A model generated the notes under the pieces. That model ran no database searches. It saw nothing but the letters and a program-made list of their open reading frames with translations, and had not been told where the DNA came from. From the NCBI GenBank assembly GCA_030141605.1, contig JAQGDQ010000008.1, positions 992,001 through 1,056,000 on the forward strand: DNA of 64,000 nt. Direction: 5' to 3'. Shown here piece after piece: positions 14,020-25,800 of the stretch. A program made the translations under genes and the position numbers. The stretch is from Tubiluchus corallicola (lineage: Eukaryota > Animalia > Priapulida). Position 1 is the stretch's first letter. Every line of letters starts with the position of its first letter.

Positions 14020-15260
14020 GTGGCGTAGATGAATCACAAATCATTGCTGGAATGTTCAACACACTTTAGTTGGATTTACTATGAGATGCAGCTGGTACAA
14101 GTGGTACAGAGGTAGAACAAGTACCTCAATTCCGTTAAAATTGAAAGAATCTATTATTGTTCCTTTGTTCAAATCAGATGATCCCATGCTTCTGAACAAT
14201 TACAGACCAGTGTCTTTACAGCCTTTTATTTCAAAAATATTGGAAAAGTTTTTTTACAATCAGTTATCCATTACTTAATAACAAAAAAAAGTAACAAACA
14301 ATCTGGTTTCAGGAAAGGTAGTTTTACTGAAATGGCTTTAATAAAAATTATAGATTATATCATTAATACTATTAAAAAATGGTACATCCTACGGAGTATT
14401 TCACGACCTATCAAAAGCATTTGATATGGTAAACCATGACATTCTATTAAACAAGTTATACTATTATGGTATAAGAGGTTTGCCTCATACGTGGCTAGGT
14501 TATTTAACAGTCCGTAAAATATGTTTTTTTCAGATGTAGCACTAATCACATGTGGCATGCCCCAAAGTTCAATCCTTGGGCCACAACTTATTCTAATTTA
14601 CGTTAATGACATCAAATTTCTATCCGATCAAAACTTCCTGAACACTGAACATCTCTTAACATTATAAAAAAATTAATATTATCGTATTTAAATTATTGCA
14701 CAACATTGTGTGGTTTTACTTATGTTACAAATTTCGTTTGCTTACAACGAAATTTACAATTTCAAGAAGTTTACAACGAAAATGTTTATGTGCTATCTTC
14801 AAACTAGATAAGGCCGGCCACAAAGAAATAGTTTTTGTCTTACTTTATGACCTCAAAAGATGTCAGTAGGAAGGGAGGAAAAGTTTTTTTGAAAATGCTT
14901 TGTGAATTTTAAAGCTTTGTGAATGTTTAAGGCTGAATCGTGGAATCAGTTGAAATCAAAGTTTGTTTATTTCCCATGGTTAACACTAATGTTTTAAATT
15001 TTTTCAATGCACATTTTTTCGGCAATCCGCCTAAAAAGACCACGATTACTTCTGCTCTTTTCAAACAATGTCAAACAGTACTGCTAGATGATGTCGTTAA
15101 TTTAAATGGACACACAAACCAACAACCAAAACATTTCATTGCCTATATGGGACCAGTCCTATGGAACAGAATTAGTCGCAATGCAAAATGCGGTCACTCC
15201 CCTTTCAGATTTTAAAAGAAACCTCAGAAAAGAAATATCTCAAAAGTACTGATGAAAATA
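14020..15260 (+). mobile_element. Degenerate L2/CR1-group LINE reverse transcriptase relic, interrupted
   Basis: Frameshifted RT motifs [67 protein letters not shown], and 3' motif YMGPVLWN. Confidence 0.8.
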
Positions 15261-15950
15261 CTAAAGTAACACAACTTGATAATGGTGGTCATTTGCATTC
15301 TTTTTCTGCTGAAATCTTAATAAAAATGTGACTGTGTTCAGCAGGTTACTGAACACATTATAATGATGATTATAGTTTTTTAGTTCTCGCTCTATTTTTC
15401 ATTCATTCACATTTTTTTATGATTTCCATGTACAGGTTGGCCTATCAAACTATGCCTTCAGCTCAAAATGTGTGCATCAAAATTATTGTGTATATGCATC
15501 ACTGGTCAGGTTCTTTACTTGTATTATCTGGACGGTATTGTATTTGTATTTAATTTTCTGGACTATTATCTGTAATATAGTGATGTTATTATATGATGAA
15601 GTGTGGAAATGAATAAACTCTTGAACCCATTTGTGGGGAAGGAGGATGTGAGAATCGTTTGGTTATTGGGTGCTGTAGTTATATAGCACCTAACAATTAG
15701 AACTAAGGTGGTAAAATATCCTGCAGGTTAAATTTAGATTCAGTTACTTTACTTACTGGGAAAATACAGTATTTTGTTAACTGTACAAGTTAGAACTTAT
15801 AAGAACTGTAAATTATAAATATAGTTACTGGACATCATTAATCATGTACGATAACTCTTATTGGGCTTTAATCAGATTATAAAAACATCACCAAGTGAAT
15901 AGAACATACAAAAAATAACTTTTATGTTAACGACACAAGAAAAAGCTTAC

Positions 15951-16280
15951 CGATTCAGTTGACACTAGTTCGGCCAAACAAATACCAGGCAGTAGGTGAA
16001 ACAATCTTACAAAGCACGTCCTTACAAGCAGTCGCAGTTACTGTACTAGCATCGAGGCAAGCAACGTGACACACTCTGATAAGTACGTTTACGAATTTAC
16101 CTTAAAGCACCGAACGATGTTATTTTGCGTTAAATGCGTTTCACGATTTTTAAAATACTGCTAAGAGTGAGTACATAAGAATGACAACATCGTTGCAGAA
16201 CTAAAACTTTACAATGGGTTGGGTCAGTGGTGTCAATGCGCAAGCGATTACTTAACAAAATGCGCCGCCATCTATCGCGA
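15951..16280 (-). promoter_or_regulatory. Candidate non-coding first exon and promoter of Ras
   Basis: Strong minus-strand donor CG|GTAAGC at 15950, CpG-enriched segment, and a GCGCCGCCATCT (YY1/CTCF-like) motif at about 16262. Assignment to Ras is inference. Confidence 0.5.
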
Positions 16281-16373
16281 GAAAAATTAATTAATTAAAG
16301 TCGTTTTAAAAAACTTGAATCACCATAGAAATCCATGCTGTTGTTAATATTTCTCTGAATTAATATATGTAGG

Positions 16374-16463
16374 AAAGTTTGGTACAAGTAAGTTTGGTAC
16401 GGGCAAGTTTGGTATATGTGAAATTAGTACGAAGGTTGTTTGATACTGGCACAATTTGGTACC
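16374..16463. repeat. Degenerate ~15-16 bp tandem array (AAGTTTGGTAC core); related array at ~17410-17570
   Basis: Repeated aagtttggtac/aatttggtac units. Confidence 0.65.
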
Positions 16464-18680
16464 TTAAAATGGGGCGAATATAATTATAAAAATATATAGG
16501 GACAAAACCCAAGAAAAGTCATTAAAGCTCCTACTACGTTGCGGGGAGAAGCAAGGTGCAGTTCAATATAGTTTTATAAACAACTTGATGCACGTACTAT
16601 CTGCCAAAGGCTCTATATCACTGCGAAGACACTTTATATCACAAAACAAAAATAATGGGTGTCTGAACTTTTCTTGCACAAGCCTAATCAGTGGTCCAGA
16701 TATAGTTCTTTTGTAGCAGGCAGTTGAGGGAGTTATCTTCAGTAATGTCTAAGAATTTTTTCCGTTTTGAATCATTCTCTATTTTTTGTAAAATTTGGAA
16801 CCGTTTTAGACTTAGTTTGATACAAACAATGGGGTGAATCGGCACAACATGCTACACACCTATCAACGACTCCCTGCTGAAGAGTAATACAAGAAACAAC
16901 ACAAGAAGAATACAACATAATGTGCAAATTGTGGGAGCTAGGGCTCATCCTAAAATGTTGGTTTTAGTTAGAAGATATGAGGTCAATCGCAAAAAATGGG
17001 TAATTTTGACGTTTGATGATATAATGACAGTATGTGCTACTTAGGAGCAGTGCTATCTAACCAAGTTCTGCTAATTTATCCTAGACATCAAAATAATTGA
17101 TTTTAAAACACGTTTTTTAAAACTTAAGTTGTGTCCCTTTTCACCTCATGTAATATAAGATGGGTACAGGAACCAAAAATTAAACTGTCCCTATTAACCG
17201 CAAAATATTAGGCCAATAGAGACACTGGATTTAAACCAAAAAAACAAAGCAATATTTTTGTCATAAGAACAATACCTTCACAAGATAGAGTAGATATGTG
17301 GCCATATAACAACCAAACACAATTTAGAATAAAAACTACCAAAAAACGTTATGGCAGTTTGATTGTCCGTATTCACCTGTTTTACAAAACTACGAATTTT
17401 TTTAGTAGACTGTAATTATGGTACAGGTGAATTTGGTGCCATCATCATTAGCTATAAGGAATTTTTGGTACTAGGAAAATGTGTACGGAGAACGTTTGCT
17501 ACGAGGAAAATATGGTGCCAGGATTGTTTAGTACTAAGAAATATTAGTACAAGCAAATTTTGGTATTAGGAAAAAACTTCTTAAAACATCGAAATTAATA
17601 GTGCATGGCAGCTAAAATGTTATCAGTGATTATCCCACCTATGTAGGCACATTTGAGAATCTTTCCGCAAGATTTGAAAGATCTCTAACTGGCAATCCAC
17701 CTTTTCAATAAACCTAGGTTAATCTGTTTTGTGGGTGGGGGCAATGATCACTTTTTCTGTTTTTTTTTACAAAACTTATCAAACTGAAATAAGAACAAGA
17801 CGGTGATGACTGATGATATCACTGGGAAAAACGTCCTGCATAAGCATAGTTTGGTTTCCCATGAGGCCCACAGTATGGAGTGAAAACCGTTCTCCATGCT
17901 TCTGCTAATTTTGCTGCTGGCAGTGGTGACGGTGAGTGGGTGATGGTGTAATATTGTCATGATGCTGCTGTCCTCCTCTTGGCTTCTCCCCAGACATTAG
18001 TGCTTGATATAATGCTGCAGTGTAGGATTCTTCGGTTACTACGGCATTGATCCAAAGCTTGTCAATTATTAGTTACTACTGAATACAATCCTATAGACGT
18101 CGTTGGCCTTAGCGTCGCGACAAATGAAGTAATGGCAAATAAACTCGATATGACCGGAATGTGCAAGATGTCAGCCTCCTGTTTAGCACTATTCTCTTAG
18201 TGATTTGATATAAATTTGATTAGTTATTTGTGAAGAGTAATATTTGATGCGAATATATCCTAGGCAAGCAACAAGTGTTAATAATTGCCTCAGAGTTGCT
18301 ATTATTTTTAGATTCATTGATTTATTTATTTGGCAATATTACATAGGCATATACAGTATTCTATAGTATAGGTTAGTCTTGCCTTTAGGCGAGAAGTTAG
18401 CTTCTTGGCCACAATTGGTGTATAACTTTTTCGATCCTTCCTAGGCTTCCGTTACTACATCCAAAGTACGTAACTAACAGCTGTAATTAGTGCTTTCTGT
18501 AGACGAATGTCCTGAGAAATAGCCAAATTATAGGTGACCATTAAAAAGAATGTACGTAAAAACGACACGAAAAATGGCACAAATGGAAAAGTGGGTAAAA
18601 ATGGCTGTAAGAGTCGCTTTCTCACTCCATAGTTAAACAGATGGTGTTGCCAGTTGAGGTATAAATGTTTTGATTTAGAT

Positions 18681-19160
18681 TTTTGTTGTTGTTGTTGGCA
18701 TCCTTCTGTCTCGGAAGACAATGGAGTGTGCCCATGAGAGTCTCTCCAGGGCGCATGCCTGGGCAAGGTGTATGGAGATCCTTAGTTGCCCAGACAACAG
18801 GAACCCCTTCTCTTCCTCCCTGGTGTACTCCAAAGGAAAGCAGAGCGATACATTTGGCACCAGGAACTGCCGGAATCATTGAGCATGCTGCACCGGTCCG
18901 CCTTCGGGGTTCCACTCCTGATTTGGAAGGTTTACTCCTCTACACATGGCCGTTGGGTCACTTGACCTCCGCCCTCTAGCCGTTGTCTGCTTGTGCAACT
19001 CCTCCGCCTAGTGCCGAGATACAGTGTGGGCAACCCGCAAGCCTACAACACCTGATATTCCTAGGCGGTCACTCATCCAAGTACTAACCAGGCTCTACGT
19101 TGCTTAGCTTCGGTGATCAGACTAGAACCGGTGTTTTCAACATGATTTGGCTGTAATGTG
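18681..19160 (-). mobile_element. 5S rRNA-derived SINE (SINE3), probably RTE-dependent
   Basis: Near full-length 5S head (~19039-19157), GC-rich body, 3' end CCGAGACAGAAGGATGCC followed by an (AAC)n/A tail, and a 9-bp TSD GATTTAGAT at 18672-18680 and 19161-19169. Confidence 0.85.
19039..19157 (-). pseudogene. 5S rRNA-like sequence (SINE head, not a canonical 5S gene)
   Basis: Reverse complement reads GTTGAAAACACCGGTTCTAGTCTGATCACCGAAGCTAAGCAACGT...TTAGTACTTGGATGAGTGACCGCCTAGGAATATCAGGTGTTGTAGGCTT. The 5' end is diverged and no oligo-T terminator follows. Confidence 0.85.
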
Positions 19161-20291
19161 GATTTAGATATGCAGTTGATATTTCAGTTGTTTTCTGACT
19201 TTCCTATTTACTAACGGGCCTGGTCTAGCCATCCCTTCATAACTTCATAATGATGCAGGAAGTGGCTTCATTGAATGTGATCAGGTGTACGTGACCGATT
19301 TTTGGAAGACACGTTGTTGCTTTTGATATGGTGGCAACAGGTTGTTCTGTGAAGATGTTAACATTAGATATGGCTGAACTAGTGAAGCTAAAGTAGTTGG
19401 ACACAGTGGTGATCAGTTCGATTTAATGGTGGTTTGGACATTGTAAATCCACATTCCACTGTTGCGGTACGGTTTGGGAGGCAGGCGATTGTTAATAGCT
19501 GTTGGTCTGGAAGTTTGGAGGTGAGCTGATGTCAGTGCAAAGGTATGAGCCGATTTATAGACTAATTATGTAACATGATGTTAAAGGCGATATTAAGAAC
19601 CACAGAGTGAAAGAACTATCTGATGGTACGTACTACTGAGTTACGATCTAGCGTAATGTGCCGGAACCAGTCTGTGGGCGGGTCATTAGATTCCTGAAGC
19701 AGGTTACTTATAATCGCACACTGTCTGGTAGAACTATTACTTAGTCACCCTCTATATGTTTGGTATGGCACAAAGCTTTACCTGAATTGTTTTCATGCAC
19801 AGTGCTTACAGAAACACAGATACTATACTTTGGGATGACACCATGATAATGGCACCGTCCCTGTGTACACTAGTTTAGACATGCCCACTAATTGCCCATT
19901 AGATATGAGTTTAGATATGCCCACTAACATTTCCTTTTATTCTAGTACCCATGATATGATTATAATGATGTCGTCATTAAATATTCATTTAACCTAGTGA
20001 ATGTAATGATCTCCAGTGGAAGTGATTTTTTTAAGTTTCCTAATGATAATAACGTTTATTTATGTTTCACTGTACAATGATTGCAAGGATTTAATTGCTA
20101 CTTTATTGTATTGATTTTTACAATAATACTGTCTACATTTGTTGTATAATTAATCACTTTATTATTTGATATATTTTGCATTTTGGCTAAGTAAACATTA
20201 TAATGACATCTGCATCCTGATGCATCCCTCCATTTTTGTACATAGATTTAGTGAACAGCTAAACAAATTAGTCTTTAGACCCATGACACCC

Positions 20292-20605
20292 AGTGCATTC
20301 TAGTTTTATCATAACAATCAATGACATCAGTATGACATATGTTTGCCATTTTTTCGACTTTTTCACTTGTGCCTTTCTTTACCTACTTTTCCATTTGTGC
20401 CATTTTTTCCTGTGCCATTTTTACTTGTGTCTTTTTTCCTGTGCCATTTTTACCATGTCGGTCTTTCCTTGTGCCGTTTTTTCCTACTTTTCTATTTGTG
20501 CCATTTTACCTACTTTTCTATTTGTGCCATGTTTTTCCTGTGCCATTTTTACCGTGCCATTTTTTCCTGTGCCATTTTTACTTGTGTCATTTTTACCACA
20601 CACCC
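20292..20605 (+). repeat. Dispersed repeat with internal ~15-bp tandem array (TGTGCCATTTTT(A/T)CC)
   Basis: Head AGTGCATTCTAGTTTTAT followed by the array; an inverted copy of head plus array is at 57555-57781; fragments at ~18540-18605 and ~57995-58090. Confidence 0.85.
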
Positions 20606-22809
20606 ATTAAAGGAATTGTCCTAGATCAGTGTGGTACAATTGAAACGGCAGTCTAACAATTGTTAATGCTGGATGGGTGGTACCTGAGGGGATTTTGCAG
20701 CAGTAATTCCATACTGAAGCAATGCTGCAAGGGTTTGCAATCTCTAGTAACAAAAGTTTGTGAGTCTTTCTCTTCAGTTTGAATCTGTTGTGTACCATCT
20801 GTATTATAGGTAATGTAGAATGTAGAAACATAATTTGAATGACACAAGTATAACTAAGTGTAATTTCTACATTAAATTTTAATAAACCCCACCTGCAGCC
20901 ACTCCAATTTGCACAGCTTGTTAAAATCTTGCTGCAGTTTCTAGTTAAAAAATAATGGTGCTGTTGAAGTAAATATCTTTGTGCCACCAGTAAGTGTTGA
21001 TGGTATATAGTTGTAGATGTAAAGTATAAACTCGACACACAGGTAATTATTGCCCCGAAACAGATCCTGCAGCACTTAGCATATGTAACATCTTTCTAAC
21101 CAGATAACTCACAATTCCTTTCATAAATCTGCAAATTTCATAATTTTGCAGAATTTAATGGCTTTGGAGAACTTGATAACTCTGTAGTTAAAACTCCTGA
21201 GCTAAGCAGTACCACCTGGAAATTTGCACATTTTCTGCATTTTAGAGAGGTTTATTGCAGCCATTTTAACAAAAAGTTGAGAAAACTTTGCTTCTAAATC
21301 TAAGCTTTTTGGTGAAAATTTTCCATTATGAATTAAATAATTTAGTTGATAACTACATGTACAATAAATGCTAAGTCAGCTTCACTATATCTATATACAC
21401 CAGATTGACTTTTAAGGAATTTTCAAGAGTTGACAAAAAATGTTATGTGGTGCACTGTGAAGATATGATTTTTGTTTTATTTTATAAGCTTGGACTTGTA
21501 CCATTACCTTACCAATAACTGCATTATTAAAACTGATGAATAACATAAAGACTACATGCTTAACAATAGCTGTAGCTGCAGTTGGTCCTCCCTAGGTTTT
21601 GTGTGGCCCATAGGTATGGTTTCTAGTAGACGTTGGGTATGTTGTTGGCTGTGCAGGTTACCACGAGCTGATTACGTCTCCCTGTGTATCGTGCATTCTT
21701 CTAGTGAGATGGCTATAGAGTGATGTCAGTCTTTGAAATGACCAAGTATTTTGCGAAAATCGCCCATCTTGACAGGTTGTTTCCAACTCGGTGCATTCAC
21801 ATCGACGTCTCGTTTAAAAAACTACAATCTCCACATGGTTAAATGTTTGCCCATAGAAAATTATTTTCTATGAAAGTGATAATGTTTAGAAGACGAAAGC
21901 TGATTAAGATTGGTTGTAGTCGGTTTTTAAGTTTAGAGCTCATATCTGCAACATCGTATTTCTGGATTTTAGTTATAAGAATATAAACGATTAACAATTA
22001 TTAACTTCAGTGGTGTCATATATTTAATTGTGGTAATAGTAAGAAATTTGTCAGTGGTAAAGTCAAAAGTCACCTAAAATCATTTTCACGTTTGCATTTG
22101 AAGTTCGTAATATGCCTATAATATTACATTGGTGAGAGCATGTATCAAATGGCAAGAGGTGAGTCTCATGCTCAGTTCAACTCAATTGATGCAAGAGATT
22201 TGTGTCTGCTTGTATCTTACTTCAGATGGACAATACTTTGGCTATGTACTTTTCTTTCCAAGTCTTTTCAAAGCAACATACATGAAGTTTCGTATTTGCT
22301 TTTGTAGTAATGTGGAAACTTCATGAAAAGCTTGGTTAACTGAAGTCTGGTGCTGCCAGTATACAGTGCACATATGTTTGCATGTCTTTGTGGATATTTT
22401 GTCTTTTTAAATTACTGCGTATGATCTTAACCTTAAATTTTAATTTTTATTTGAATTTTAAGTTTCTAGGCCTAAGGCTAAGATTTAGTGTTTGTGTGTG
22501 TGCGTGTTTGTGTGTGTGTGGGCACCTGCGTGGGTGGGAGTGATTTACTTTGCAACCATTTGGTATTCAGCTGACGTTTTAGTTTTTGTTTTGTGGAACA
22601 AAGGGCTCTTGAATTACACGTTCCTGGCCTATCCAATTTGGAGATCTGTGAACTGCAACATATCATGCCTTTTGATAATCTCCAATATAAATAAACTTAG
22701 CAATTTGTAAAATGAGCATAACAGTGTGAGTTGCTCTTTGTCTAGTGTTACACAAATCTAGTTTGGAATTATAATTTGAAACTTTGACAGAAATCAAAAC
22801 TGAAAAGAA

Positions 22810-25800
22810 ATGGAAAAGTTTATGTTGTCTCATATGACATTGGCTGCTGGATGCTTGAGTAGGCCTATTATTTTAGTAAAATCAGCTGTGCAAGGAATTC
22901 ATACACGAGTTTTATCAGTTGGACCTACTAGCTGTCATTGCCATAAACAAGTGGTCACATTAAAATGGTTATGTAAAAATCCTCAGACAACTCGATGCTG
23001 CTACTTCTTCATAAACAGATGGACTAGTTCTACAGCTCAACAAAGTTTGAATGTTGACGAAACGTTGATTAGATTTGATGGCAAAGAATACCAGCGAGAT
23101 GCGTTCACAAATGTGACGTCTAGAATATTATCTCATGTCGGAAGAAACTTGCACAGTCAGAAATATCATCCACTGTGGCACATAAAAAACAGAATTGTAG
23201 ACTATGTGTATTTTACATACAAAAACAGACGCAATAATCCATTATTTTCTGTGCATGAAAACATCAGTCCCATAGTGACAACAGAGCAAAATTTTGACAG
23301 TTTGCTTGTACCATTGGATCATGTTAGTCGTTCACTGTCTGATAGCTATTACATCAATAAAAATCAGATGTTGCGAGCGCATACTTCAGCACATCAAAGA
23401 GATCTAGTGAAAGCCGGTCTTGATGCTTTTCTTGTTGTAGGTAAGTAAAGCTAATTATGTTATCTTATGTGTAATAGGGACTGTGTCAGGCTTTAAGATT
23501 TTAATAACATAATGTTTGTAAGCCCCTACCATGTCAAAGAGGCTCCTGAAGTAAGAAGTCTCAATTTTTTCAATTTCTCAAAAATTATAGAAATACTAAG
23601 TACGCCAATGTAATATCGATTTGTTTATAACTATAGCTACTGAATCTTATGGCTTGCCTTTTCTAACAAGGTCCCTTAATAGTTTTGTAGAAAAATTGGT
23701 TATGGTGTGCTAGCAGTTAGCAACGCTATTATCCCTATTCAGAAATTTTTTCTCATTCTTACGTCACTGGATCCTAATGTAATATACGAAACTGTCGATT
23801 TTCTTTGGTGTTTCTAGCAGCATATTAACATTTCCTGTTTATTATGTACTGTTTACATGATCAGTTTTAAACTGTTAAACTAAAACTGACAAACAAAAAC
23901 TAGCAGTCTAAAAACTGACGCGTGTTTAGATGACATCAAACTTCACTCCGTAGAACTCTGGTAATAACTATTCAGCAAGGGGTGTCAGTCAAATTATGGT
24001 GTCAATATGCAGACGTGCTTTGTTGTCTATATTGGGCTAACTTGTATGATTAAAAAAGGAGAAATTGGAAAGGAAAGAGTTAGAAAAGTTTAGACAAAAA
24101 ATAACTACAACGAAGAATTGAAAGAGGCAGTTACAGCTGATTTCAAAGATTTGAACGTTAATGTGATTGACTATTTGTTGCAAGAAGTTCAATTTAACTA
24201 ACCAACGCCTGTATAACTCACCTACAGCACTGTCGCATATTGTTTAGTTGATTGGTAGAAAGCAGTACAACAAAATCAGAATTTTCTTTTTTTATTGTCA
24301 GCAAATTCAAAATCTCTTTTGTATTACCACTGTTTCTACCATGCAGGTTCTAATATCAGCCAACGTGCAACAGTGCTGATAGTTGAATATTTATACCACT
24401 TGCAGGATTAATAATGACAAAATTTTCCTGGGTCCCGCGCGAAATGAACAATCGATGTAATGCAATGAAAGAGCGATGGTATTGGCTGTTGAATCCGAGC
24501 TTGTCAGTTTTTGTTTGATGAATTCAAGAGTGTTTTATACCATCAAACTTTGTTTGTCAAACAAAAAGTTTGTCGGTTTCACTTTTTACACGATCAAACT
24601 AGTTTGACGAAAAAAACTGATCTTCTAAACAACTCTTTATAAGAATAAATGTTTGTTGCAATGCTTCTTACTTTTATCAAACACATTCTGTTTCTGCAAA
24701 GGAATTTATTAATGTCAATTTTTTCAGGTGATGTGTACAGAAGAGATGAAATTGATTGTAGTCATTACCCTGCATTCCATCAAGTGGAAGGCGTCAGGCT
24801 GTTTTGCTCTCACGAGGTATTGTAGCTTATTGCAGTGTTATGAAGGCACTCTTAATACTGCTTTAGCTGTTTTTGTAAATTCACATACTTTTTTGTTTTG
24901 CAGTTGTGCTACTGTGTCGGGTGCACTTTACTGAACCCAATTTTTTATCCTTAAACCTATGCATTGCAGGAATTCATCTTAAAAACTTTCACTTAAAAAT
25001 TGTAAACAGACAACTCACTTGACACAGTCTTAATAAATGTGTAATTCAGTTGACTGTGGTTTGTTGGTAAACTTTTATAATTTCGTGCTCTGCAATGAAG
25101 CTGTTTATAGTCTTTGTGAGCATATTATCTTGATGTAACAATGACGTTATCTGTAATTTTCCGTTTTGTCAATTGTAGCTCTTCAAGGCTTCATTTGATG
25201 AGGAAGAGCTGAAACTTTTTGAAGATCCGGTTGGCGTGAGACAACCAGATAAGCAAGAATGGCACACTTTGCAAGCAGCTAAGTTAGTTGAACATGATCT
25301 GAAGAAAGGGTTAGAGGGGCTAGCTCGAGATCTCTTTGGGAAAGGTTGTCACTTTTTGCCTTTATGGTGTTTAATTGTTGCCGTTATGATCACTGTGAAG
25401 ATAATAACAACAAAGTCAATTTTAGAATTGAAATGCAACAACAGAAGGATACTTGGATGTGTATTGTGAATGTAAGTGGTCTGCTAATTTACCCATTATA
25501 AGCTTTGCCACATGCATGACAATGAAATTTGGTCAGACATAATTTAGAACAGATACAATTAAGTCCTGACTAACGTCGTTTATGAATTTTGCTATTTTAG
25601 TTATGACAAATCATAAATTGAAAAGCTAGCAGACCACTTGGTTTGAGAGACGAGCATATAAAAACAGTCCTCTCTCTCCATAATTTACACAAATAATGCT
25701 GTCAACTGTAGATTTTGCATTGAATAAACAATCTAGACAATGCATTATTTTTACAGTCCATCGAAGCTCGTTTCTGCAGAGCACTCCTTCCTTTCAAAAC

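Noticed and set aside
17808-17840. CTGATGA...AAAACGTC hammerhead-like string
   Set aside because: No convincing stem II or GAAA core.
18455-18979. Four overlapping ORFs of 61-103 aa
   Set aside because: They fall in the GC-rich SINE body, where stops are rare, and show no recognisable protein motif.
19039-19157. Functional 5S rRNA gene
   Set aside because: Diverged 5' end, no oligo-T terminator, and embedded in a TSD-flanked unit with a simple-repeat tail, so it is better explained as a SINE head.
20293-20656. Cys/Phe-rich ORFs in three frames; CRISPR-like periodicity
   Set aside because: Translation of a 15-bp tandem array. There are no unique spacers or cas genes and the context is eukaryotic. 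The same applies to 57422-57780.
20607-21038. 143-aa minus ORF as a host gene
   Set aside because: At most a faint MULE-transposase-like relic (WN...GTTHP), too weak to call.
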